Of a stretch of DNA of 64,000 bases, positions 28,453 through 36,947 are shown piece by piece. The stretch comes from Candidatus Hydrogenedentota bacterium (lineage in GTDB: Bacteria; Hydrogenedentota; Hydrogenedentia; Hydrogenedentales; SLHB01). A program made the position numbers and the translations under genes. Every line of letters starts with the position of its first letter. Positions within the stretch are counted from its first letter, which is position 1. The notes under the pieces were generated by a model. That model was not told where the DNA came from and made no database searches. It saw nothing but the letters and a program-made list of their open reading frames with translations. The stretch is taken from assembly GCA_963745075.1 (NCBI GenBank), contig CAVUWV010000001.1, positions 367,478 through 431,477 on the forward strand, read 5' to 3'.

Positions 28453-30009
28453 ATGACGGCACTGGTTTGCTTGATTGTCTTGGCGCAGGCTCCAGTCGAG
28501 GCGCCCGAGTTCTATGCGCCGAACGAGGAACTCCATGGCTACCTGATGGAGGCGATGGAGAACAACCCCGGTCTGCACGCGCGCTACACCGAGTACCTGA
28601 TGGCGCTGCAGAAGATCCCACAGGTGACGTCGCTGGACGATCCCATGTTTACGTACGGGCAGTTCCTTCAATCGGACGTGAATCGGTTCAAGGCGATGGT
28701 CCAGCAGAAGTTCCCGTGGTTTGGCACGCTCAAAACGCGGGGCGAGAAAGCAGCGGCAGAAGCGGATGCGCGTCTGCAACGGTTCTTCGACGAACGGAAC
28801 CGGATCGGTATGGCCGTGAAGAAGGCGTACTTCGAGTATGCGTTCCTTGGGGAAAGCATCAATGTGACGCAGGCCCAAGCGGACGTGTTGTCGTACATGG
28901 AAGACACGGTGCGGGCCAAGTATTCTCTTGGATTGGCCAATCAGGATGACTTGGTGCGCGTCTCGATCGAACAGACGAAACTGCAAGATCGATACGATGG
29001 GTTCGTGCGCCTCAAGCCGGCGTTGATGGCGAATTTGAATGAAGTGTTGGGACGAGAACCCACCAGCGAGATTCCTTGGCCGCAGAAGGCTGAATTTCCT
29101 CCCGATCTGCCGCCGCCGCCGATCGTTCTGGCGCGTGTGCGGGCTGCGAATCCGCAATTGCGGGCCTTCGACTCGGAAATCGAGAGCTGGGAAAAGGCGA
29201 CGGAGCTTGCGAAAAAGAAGGGGCTTCCGGACTTCACCGTGGGCCTTGAATATGTCTCGATCAGCAAACCCCGGCAGATTCGTCCCGACCGGCCGTACCC
29301 GGCGACACTGAACGCTCTCAATCGGCGGCGTATGACCGCGGCGAATGCGGCTCGGACCGATATTCAGGCGCTCAACAACGTTTTGCAGGGCCAGCCGGCG
29401 CAGTTTTCAGCGCTGGAGCGTGGCGTTACGCCGGCGATCGACGCCTATTCGATTGCGACGTACGACGAACCTATGGCGTACTCCGACGGTGGGGAGGACA
29501 ACATCGCGTTGTCGTTGACGGTTAACGTTCCCATTTGGAGGAAGAAAATCCGGGCGGGCATTGAAGAAGCGGAACTCGGGCAGAGTATGGTAGCGGACAC
29601 GAAACACCAAAAAGCGCTGTCCCTTTCGAGTGCAGCCCAAATGGCGGCGTATCGTTTTGACGACGCAAAACGGAGATACAATCTCTATGAAGATTCGCTG
29701 ATCCCACAGGCACAGCAAGCGTACGAAGACTTACAAAGTCAGTACGGCACGACCGAGTTGGGCTCGGGCCTGGCTGCAGCGAGTTTCATCGATGTTCTGG
29801 ATAGTGTCCAGACCTTGCTCAGCTTTGAACTCGACCAAGTTCGGGCGGAGCGGGATTGGCAAATCGGCGCGGCGGAACTCGAGTACTTGATGGGAGGGCC
29901 GTGGGCTGCGGACTCCTCGGGCGAGGTAAAGGAAAAGGAAGCCGAGCCTGCGGGACCTACTCAAGTTGACGCGACAGATTCGAGTGAGGACTCTCAAGCG
30001 TCGCAATAG
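28453..30009 (+). CDS. TolC-family outer-membrane efflux protein
   Basis: AMENNPGL, QKFPWFG, LPDFTVG, VNVPIW; directly downstream of the RND pump. Confidence 0.9.
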   Translation: MTALVCLIVLAQAPVEAPEFYAPNEELHGYLMEAMENNPGLHARYTEYLMALQKIPQVTSLDDPMFTYGQFLQSDVNRFKAMVQQKFPWFGTLKTRGEKAAAEADARLQRFFDERNRIGMAVKKAYFEYAFLGESINVTQAQADVLSYMEDTVRAKYSLGLANQDDLVRVSIEQTKLQDRYDGFVRLKPALMANLNEVLGREPTSEIPWPQKAEFPPDLPPPPIVLARVRAANPQLRAFDSEIESWEKATELAKKKGLPDFTVGLEYVSISKPRQIRPDRPYPATLNALNRRRMTAANAARTDIQALNNVLQGQPAQFSALERGVTPAIDAYSIATYDEPMAYSDGGEDNIALSLTVNVPIWRKKIRAGIEEAELGQSMVADTKHQKALSLSSAAQMAAYRFDDAKRRYNLYEDSLIPQAQQAYEDLQSQYGTTELGSGLAAASFIDVLDSVQTLLSFELDQVRAERDWQIGAAELEYLMGGPWAADSSGEVKEKEAEPAGPTQVDATDSSEDSQASQ

Positions 30010-30173
30010 GCAATCCGAGGAGTTCCATGCGAAGTCCCGCGTCTGTGGCATTCGCCACTGGAAGCGCGGGCTTCGCTTCCCCGGCGGGGCAACCGAAGCC
30101 AAATCACACACAAGTTCCATCCTTCCGAGTCGATTCCACGAAACTCCCGTCGGCGGACTCTGACCATCGCTAT

Positions 30174-30188
30174 GGTCAATTGCTGACC
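30174..30188. promoter_or_regulatory. Palindrome GGTCA-N5-TGACC, candidate enhancer for the sigma-54 activator
   Basis: TGGTCA-ATTGC-TGACCA; variants at 18097-18111 and 21552-21566. Confidence 0.6.
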
Positions 30189-30260
30189 AAGGACCCGGTT
30201 TTGGGGCAGGGCTGGCACCTCAAAACAGGCCTAAATCACGCGAATCCTGGAGGATTTCTC

Positions 30261-30277
30261 TTGGCACGCGGCATGCA
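30261..30277 (+). promoter_or_regulatory. Sigma-54 promoter for the small secreted protein
   Basis: TTGGCACGCGGCATGCA matches GG-N10-GC. Confidence 0.7.
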
Positions 30278-30444
30278 CTCGGTCGGGTTGAGGATGGCCG
30301 ATGAAGGCCGCGAGCCTCGGGGGGACCTGACGCGGACCCATCCGGACACCTCGCACAGTTTTTCCTGGCAAGGGGGTGTTCTGAATTCGCACATCGCGAC
30401 AGCACCCCACATGACCTCGTTGTGAGGTTATAAGGAGAAGAGCC

Positions 30445-30822
30445 ATGAGGCGCAACCTTTACGATCTGGGTGCATTGGCGGTTGTGGGTATTCTTGCAAT
30501 CGCGCTGTTCGGCAACGTTGCCGAGGCTACAACGACCATCGACAAGGGCGACTTGGGCACGTACCAGCGGCACGGCCGGTTCGTGCACCGGATCTTGTCG
30601 TCCACTGCGGAATGGGGTACAAGCGCGTCCCCGGCGGCGAACTCCGTAGACCGTCAAGTTCGCTATGAGAAGGGCGACCTGGGCACGTGGGTCCGTGATG
30701 GCCGGCGTGTCATGAAAGTTGCTACCGGCGCATCCGACAGGCACGACTCCGGTCGAGGATTCCATGAGGCGACCTACCGAACGGTCGACCATATCAAACA
30801 TATCCACCGTTACCCTGGTTGA
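30445..30822 (+). CDS. Small secreted His-rich protein with a duplicated KGDLGT motif
   Basis: AAGGAG RBS, signal peptide ending AEA, repeats DKGDLGTYQRHGR and EKGDLGTWVRDGR. Confidence 0.75.
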   Translation: MRRNLYDLGALAVVGILAIALFGNVAEATTTIDKGDLGTYQRHGRFVHRILSSTAEWGTSASPAANSVDRQVRYEKGDLGTWVRDGRRVMKVATGASDRHDSGRGFHEATYRTVDHIKHIHRYPG

Positions 30823-30858
30823 GACACTTCCCCATATCGCCTGGAGGCAACTCGTACC

Positions 30859-30891
30859 GCACGCTCCGGTCTGGCAGAGACCGGAGCGTGC
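30859..30891. terminator. GC-rich hairpin after the small protein gene
   Basis: GCACGCTCCGGTCT-GGCAG-AGACCGGAGCGTGC; no clear U-tract. Confidence 0.55.
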
Positions 30892-31061
30892 TCCGATCAC
30901 GTTTCCTGTCGACACGATAGAACCCTGTGCCAGTTGTCGTCTTAGGGGGAGCAGGAATTCCGATTCCAGACAAATTGTTTTCCCTGTATCAATGAAGTTG
31001 CACGGACATCCAACCGGATCGTACTCAGGTTCAACGTATTCACGGGCGGAGTGGTCTTGGC

Positions 31062-32048
31062 GTGAAAGAATTGTTTCTTGCCTTTGTAATTGCGAGTGTA
31101 GGGCTGTTTTCGGCATACGCTGGACCGCTGGCGTCCCTTACGTTGTTGCGCACGCTGCCGCTCCAAGGCGTGGAAGGGCGCATCGATCACTTGAGTCTGG
31201 ATGCGAATGGAAGCCGGCTATTCGTGGCGGCCCTGGGGAACAACACCGTCGAAGTGTTAGACCCTGTGAGCGGCGAGCGTGTTGGCATAATCACGGGGCC
31301 ACTCGAGCCGCAAGGTGTTGTGGTTGTACCGAACTCGAGCGCCCTCGTTGTTGCCAGCGGCGCCGATGGGATGTGCCGTGTGTACGATCGATCCTTGAAC
31401 CTGACGGGCACCTTGAGCGGGCTGAACGACGCCGACAATGTTCGATACGATGCGGAAGGCAGGTGTGTCTGGGTTGGTTACGGGGACGGCGCTTTAGCCG
31501 CGATCGATGTTTCCGGCGCCACGATCTCGAGGCAAATCGAACTTGACGGACATCCCGAATCATTCCAGTTGGAAAAGGAAGGCAATCGCATTTTTGTAAA
31601 TGTGCCTTCCGCACAAGGGATAGTCGTAGTCGATCGGGGGAGTTGGAAAGTTACGGCTCGCTGGCCTGTAAAGGAGGCCAAGGCCAATTTTCCCATGGCC
31701 CTGGACGAGGAGCACCACCGCTTGTTCGTTGGATGCCGTCGGCCTGCGGAGCTGCTCGTGATCGATACGGAGTCGGGCAACGTCGTGGCGGAAACGGTGT
31801 GCAGTGGAGATGCGGATGATATCTTCTACGATGCAGTGCGCAAGAGAATATACGTTTCGGGCGGCGAAGGAAGTGTTACGGTAATCGAGCAGGCTGACGC
31901 AGACAAATACCACGTGATAGATAGGATTCCTACCGGAACCGGCGCGCGCACGTCCTTGTTCGATCCGGCGAGCGCGTGCCTGTACGTCGCGGTTCCGCAA
32001 CGGGGTGAGCAACGCGCGCACGTATTGGTATACAGGGCCCATCCTTAG
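31062..32048 (+). CDS. YncE-like secreted beta-propeller protein
   Basis: Signal peptide, GRIDHL, RLFVAALGNNTVEV, GHPESFQLE, NFPMALD and GARTSLF repeats. Confidence 0.85.
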   Translation: MKELFLAFVIASVGLFSAYAGPLASLTLLRTLPLQGVEGRIDHLSLDANGSRLFVAALGNNTVEVLDPVSGERVGIITGPLEPQGVVVVPNSSALVVASGADGMCRVYDRSLNLTGTLSGLNDADNVRYDAEGRCVWVGYGDGALAAIDVSGATISRQIELDGHPESFQLEKEGNRIFVNVPSAQGIVVVDRGSWKVTARWPVKEAKANFPMALDEEHHRLFVGCRRPAELLVIDTESGNVVAETVCSGDADDIFYDAVRKRIYVSGGEGSVTVIEQADADKYHVIDRIPTGTGARTSLFDPASACLYVAVPQRGEQRAHVLVYRAHP

Positions 32049-32365
32049 GTACGGAAATCCTGTGGGGCGGCGGCACGTGTTCGTGGCCGTCCAGTGGAGT
32101 CCTCGAACCGAACTCAACGATCTCCCCGGTGTGACCTGCGAAGCGCACGTGAAACTGATGAACGAGAAGCGCGTATGGTAGCGCATTGCGCGAACCGTGC
32201 GTTGGTGCGCACCGCTCTTGACGAGGCGGAAGGAAAGGGCGGAAGACCGCGAGATACCTGATAGTTGAAGGCATGTGGCGATTCCCTTAGACTCGCCGGG
32301 AGATCTCAGCGGTAGCCTGTAACCGCTTTGCTTCGTAATTCCCGGAGGAGAAGGGGGCGCGAATC

Positions 32366-33670
32366 ATGCCGAGTATTCTGCGAAGGCGAGAATTCCTGCA
32401 ATCGGCTGCGGCAGCCATGTCCATTCCCATACTTGGCGCGCCACGCGTATCCGGCCAGGAGGCCGCGCCGGTTTCGCCCAGCGAACAGATCACGCTGGGT
32501 TGCATCGGGGTGGGAAACCACGGCACGACCTGGAATCTCGACGCTTTTCTCAAGATTCCTGAAGCGCGGGTGGTGGCGGTGTGCGATGTGTTTCGCGACC
32601 GGCGCGAGAATGCGCGCGATATTGTAAACAAGGCCTATGGTAACCAGGACTGCGATACGCACGCCGATTTCCGGGAGATTCTCGCGCGGCCGGATGTCGA
32701 TGCGGTGGTCATTTCCACACCCGATCACTGGCACGTGCTTTTGTCCGTCATGGGGGCCCGTGCGGGCAAGCACGTGTTTTGCGAGAAGCCGACGCTTACC
32801 GTTCAGGAAGGGCAGGTGCTCGTTGATGTGCTCGGCAAGGCGGGGGTCGTGTACCAGGGCGGCATTGAGGACCGGTCCGTTGAAATCTATCACCGCATGG
32901 CGGAGCTGGTGCGCAATGGCGCGATTGGGAAACTGCAACGCATTCTGGTGGTTCTTCCGGAAGGCGAGGTATTCGCGAAAGAGGAATCCGTGCCGGTACC
33001 GGACGGTCTCGATTACGACCTGTGGCTGGGGCCCGCCCGATTCACGCCGTACACACCGACGAAGCTCGGCGCGCAGGAGTGGCGGAACATCTGGGATTAC
33101 TCGGGCGGCAAGTTGACGGATTGGGGCGCGCACCTTCTGGATACGGCGCAGGTCGCCATGTCCCAGGAACACGGCGGACCGTTGGAAGTTGACGGGAAAG
33201 GCACATTTCCCGAGGACGCGATGTCCCAAACCGCCACGGAGTACAAGATCTATTATCAATACCCCAACGACGTGCAGATGATCGTGAAATCGGGCGGCAC
33301 GGGGATCCGCTTCGAGGGCACGGACGGCTGGATCGAGAGTCCGGCATGGCGAAAACCGATCAAGGCCAGCGACCCCGGCATTTTGGAAATGGTTTTTGCG
33401 CCGAACGAGAACAAGATGTGGCCGCGGCCGTCCACCGAGCACCAGAGTTTTATCGATGGCGTGAAGGGAAGGGAAACTCCGTATTACACGCCGCTGGATA
33501 TTCATCATTTGAGTATCCCGATGCACATCGGGAACATCTCGATGCGGGTGGGGCGCAAGTTGAAGTGGGACCCGAAGCGCGAGGTGTTTCCTGGGGATGA
33601 CGAGGCCAACGGGTACTTGTCCCGGCCTATGCGCGAACCGTGGTCGCTGGAGAAATTGGGGCCGGCGTAA
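32366..33670 (+). CDS. Tat-exported Gfo/Idh/MocA oxidoreductase
   Basis: RRREFL, GCIGVG, STPDHWH, CEKP, DLWLGPA and DWGAHLLD. Confidence 0.93.
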   Translation: MPSILRRREFLQSAAAAMSIPILGAPRVSGQEAAPVSPSEQITLGCIGVGNHGTTWNLDAFLKIPEARVVAVCDVFRDRRENARDIVNKAYGNQDCDTHADFREILARPDVDAVVISTPDHWHVLLSVMGARAGKHVFCEKPTLTVQEGQVLVDVLGKAGVVYQGGIEDRSVEIYHRMAELVRNGAIGKLQRILVVLPEGEVFAKEESVPVPDGLDYDLWLGPARFTPYTPTKLGAQEWRNIWDYSGGKLTDWGAHLLDTAQVAMSQEHGGPLEVDGKGTFPEDAMSQTATEYKIYYQYPNDVQMIVKSGGTGIRFEGTDGWIESPAWRKPIKASDPGILEMVFAPNENKMWPRPSTEHQSFIDGVKGRETPYYTPLDIHHLSIPMHIGNISMRVGRKLKWDPKREVFPGDDEANGYLSRPMREPWSLEKLGPA

Positions 33671-33832
33671 GACAGCAGAGACAGCAGAGACGGCAGGGAC
33701 GAAACGCCGCATGTAATCCGTGATATTCGTGCCGACCATGAGCCCAAAACGTATTCTTAGTTGTGGAAACTCGTACTAAGTACAATTCTCCGCAATTAAG
33801 GGTACATTCCCAGATGCCGCTCTTACCCGAAG

Positions 33833-33994
33833 AACATCCCCCTTGATCCCCCTTCAAAGGGGGAATTTGGGCTCAACTGTTTATATAGATAAACGCATTG
33901 AAACACAGCCCGTATGTTGTCTATAATTGACGTGTAACACAACACGGAGTGTTGTGCGGAATTCCCCCTTTGAAGGGGGATCAAGGGGGATGTT
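33833..33994. repeat. 35-bp perfect inverted repeat around an AT-rich spacer (REPIN/MITE-like)
   Basis: AACATCCCCCTTGATCCCCCTTCAAAGGGGGAATT at 33833-33867 and its exact reverse complement at 33960-33994. Confidence 0.9.
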
Positions 33995-34092
33995 ATCTCG
34001 CGCCAGAGCATACGTGATGTATCCTTAATCATGTTGAAGTGTACTAAGTCCCGTCGTACGGGGTGGAAATGCGGTGATCGCAGGGAGTCATT

Positions 34093-36645
34093 ATGTACAA
34101 GTCTTGCCCAAGCTTCGTAAGTCTTCTGGTTGGATTGATGTCCGTGCTGTTTGTCGCGCAGGCTCCGGCAGACGGGACGCAGATCGATCTGACGCGTCCT
34201 GATGCGGCGAAGAAATGGGTGTTCTCCGATGCGAACGGCGCGATTTCGGAGGGGGAACTCGTGCTGGACGGACGAACGGCGCCGACCAAGGCTTTTTACC
34301 TGCCGTACGCGTGGTCTGACGTCACGTTGAAGGCGGAGTTTAACGTCGATCCCCAGGAGTCGGGCGTGTTGGCGTGTGGGTTTGTCGTTCATGCGGCGGA
34401 CGCCTCTCATTATTACTACGTTCACTACGACCGTGGTCAGGCTATTCTTTGCCGTTCCGATGAAAAGGAGTCCTGGAACGAGATCAAGCGCGTGAGTGGT
34501 CTGGACAAACCAGCCGGCACCTGGCACACGGGTCAGTTGGAATGCGTGGGCGACACGATTCGCGTCTCCTTGAACGGGATGCTGCTCTACGAGGCGAAGG
34601 ACGCTACGCTGAAACGCGGGCGGATCGGGTTCTATGCGGGGCAGGGCCGGGTGCACGTGCGGAACATCTTTGTCTCGGGCGCGGCCGAGAAAGCAGATAC
34701 GGACTTTTCCATGCCGCCGCCTCCGCCGCCGGACTATGTGTACGTGTGCACCGACGCGGGCGCGGGCGGATACGAAGCGTTTCCCGATGTGTGCCGGCTC
34801 AGCGACGGCCGCCTGATGTGCGTGTTTTACGCGGGGTACACCCACGTTTCGATGCCGAACGAACAACTCCCGAACGGAGGCCGGGTGGCGTATTGCCTCT
34901 CGAGCGACGAAGGGCGCACGTGGTCGCCGGCCCAGACGCTCTACGATAGTCCCGACGATGATCGCGATCCGTCCATTGTGCAAACGTCAACGGGCCGGCT
35001 TATCTGCAGTTTCTTTTCGCTCCGCAAGGCCGAAGGCAAGACGCCGCCGTGGGACGGTTTGGGCGCCTGGATGGTCTACTCGGATGACGTGGGCAAGACG
35101 TGGTCGGAGCCGCGGCAGATTGCGAAGACGTACTATTGCAGCTCTCCGGTGCGCCAACTTACCGACGGCCGGTTGATCCTCGGCCTCTACGCGGAGGAAA
35201 ACGGGAAGGGATGGGGGGCCGTATCCATCTCCGAGGACGACGGGCTCACGTGGAGCGACGTTATCGACATCGACAACAACGGGATGCCGCTCGACGCGGA
35301 GACGGATGTAATCGAGCTGAAGGACGGCAGTCTGTATGCCGCGGAACGTGGGCGCAGCGAAACGATGGCGTGGTCCATGTCCAAGGATGGCGGCAAGAGC
35401 TGGAGCGTCTCCGAGGCGTACGGTTTCCCCGGGCATTGTCCCTATCTGCATCGTACGGTGAACGACATCATCGTCATGGCGCACCGTCTTCCTCAGACGA
35501 GTCTTCGTTACAGCCTGGATGAGTGCAAGACGTGGAGCGACAGCGTGCTCGTCGATGACTTTATCGGCGCGTATCCGTCCATGGTCGATCTGAAGGACGG
35601 CACGGTGCTCATTGTGTATTACGAAGAAGGGGGAGGTTCCAGCATTCGTGCCAAACGCTTCCTCGCTACCGCGAAAGGCATTCAATGGATGCCGGTGGAC
35701 CGCGGCCAGGCGCCGGGGGCGACGCTCGTCAGCTACCACAAGATCTGGGACGAGGCGCCCCACAACGCGTTCACCAATCTCATTCGGTATCAGGATCGGT
35801 GGTTTTGCGTGTTCCGTGAGGGGCAAGGGCACGTTTCGGATGACGGCGCGTTGCGTGTGATTACTTCCGAGGACGGCGAGAATTGGACCTCCGCAGCCCG
35901 CATTACGTCCGATACGGCCGATCTTCGCGATGCGCAGATCTGCATCACGCCGGACAACCGTCTGATGCTGAGCGGCGCTGCGGCGCTGCATCAACCGGCC
36001 GATGCGTTTCACCAGACCATGGCGTACTTCTCGGATAGCGGGACTGACTGGACGGACGGTGTGCCGATTGGCGAGAAGGACCTCTGGCTGTGGCGGGTGA
36101 CGTGGTATGACGGCAATGCCTATGGCATCGGCTACACGACCGGAAAACGATGGCCGTCCCGGTTCGTCCGGCTCTACAAGAGCGACGACGGCGTGCATTT
36201 CGAGACCCTCGTGGACAAGCTACGGGACAACGAATACTGCAACGAAAGCCAGCTTGTATTCTTGGAGGACGGGACTGCGCTCTGCCTGCTTCGGCGGGAT
36301 GAAAAGGATCCCGCGCAAACCGACGGGCTTCTGGGGGAGGCGAAACCGCCGTATACCGAATGGACCTGGAAGGACGTCGGCGCGAAGATCGGCGGTCCGT
36401 GCATGATCGCGTTGCCCGACGGACGCCTGGTGGCGGCTGTGCGCCTCTACGATGAGCGCACGCGCACGTCACTCTGCTGGGTGGATCGGGAGAAGGGCAC
36501 ACTTACCGAATTCTTGCCGTTACCGTCCGGCGGCGACACGAGCTATCCGGGGATGGTTTGGCATGACGGCCTGCTCTGGGTCAGCTACTACTCGTCGCAT
36601 GAAGGGAAAACGAGCATTTACTTGGCCAAGGTGAAGCTCGACTGA
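34093..36645 (+). CDS. Secreted DUF1080-like domain plus two sialidase-like (BNR/Asp-box) propeller domains
   Basis: Signal peptide, GRIGFYA..VRNI, Asp-boxes SSDEGRTW, SDDVGKTW, SEDDGLTW and SKDGGKSW; second module PHNAFTNL...LPSGGDTSYPG. Confidence 0.85.
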   Translation: MYKSCPSFVSLLVGLMSVLFVAQAPADGTQIDLTRPDAAKKWVFSDANGAISEGELVLDGRTAPTKAFYLPYAWSDVTLKAEFNVDPQESGVLACGFVVHAADASHYYYVHYDRGQAILCRSDEKESWNEIKRVSGLDKPAGTWHTGQLECVGDTIRVSLNGMLLYEAKDATLKRGRIGFYAGQGRVHVRNIFVSGAAEKADTDFSMPPPPPPDYVYVCTDAGAGGYEAFPDVCRLSDGRLMCVFYAGYTHVSMPNEQLPNGGRVAYCLSSDEGRTWSPAQTLYDSPDDDRDPSIVQTSTGRLICSFFSLRKAEGKTPPWDGLGAWMVYSDDVGKTWSEPRQIAKTYYCSSPVRQLTDGRLILGLYAEENGKGWGAVSISEDDGLTWSDVIDIDNNGMPLDAETDVIELKDGSLYAAERGRSETMAWSMSKDGGKSWSVSEAYGFPGHCPYLHRTVNDIIVMAHRLPQTSLRYSLDECKTWSDSVLVDDFIGAYPSMVDLKDGTVLIVYYEEGGGSSIRAKRFLATAKGIQWMPVDRGQAPGATLVSYHKIWDEAPHNAFTNLIRYQDRWFCVFREGQGHVSDDGALRVITSEDGENWTSAARITSDTADLRDAQICITPDNRLMLSGAAALHQPADAFHQTMAYFSDSGTDWTDGVPIGEKDLWLWRVTWYDGNAYGIGYTTGKRWPSRFVRLYKSDDGVHFETLVDKLRDNEYCNESQLVFLEDGTALCLLRRDEKDPAQTDGLLGEAKPPYTEWTWKDVGAKIGGPCMIALPDGRLVAAVRLYDERTRTSLCWVDREKGTLTEFLPLPSGGDTSYPGMVWHDGLLWVSYYSSHEGKTSIYLAKVKLD

Positions 36646-36713
36646 TCGCGTGTTCGTCGCTGGTCCTGGCGAGCGGAGTGCGGCGCTGTTTGTATATACG
36701 TAGGCGAGCGATG

Positions 36714-36870
36714 AAGAACATCCCCCTTCAAAGGGGGAATTCTTCGCAACACTTTGCGTTGCGGTAAGGCATACCAGAGTTTAACGTCGAAGCATATCGC
36801 GACGCTAATACCGATAGACAAAACTGTTCGCAATTTCCCGCCTTCGAAGGGGGATCAAGGGGATGTTCTT
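36714..36870. repeat. Second, degenerate copy of the CCCCCTTCAAAGGGGG inverted-repeat element
   Basis: AAGAACATCCCCCTTCAAAGGGGGAATT ... AATTTCCCGCCTTCGAAGGGGGATCAAGGGGATGTTCTT. Confidence 0.85.
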
Positions 36871-36947
36871 GCTTTATGCCGACATCCGGTCCGAAACCGA
36901 GTAGTCTGGTGACGCACCGGTACGTTAGTGATTCTCTGGTTCGCCGC

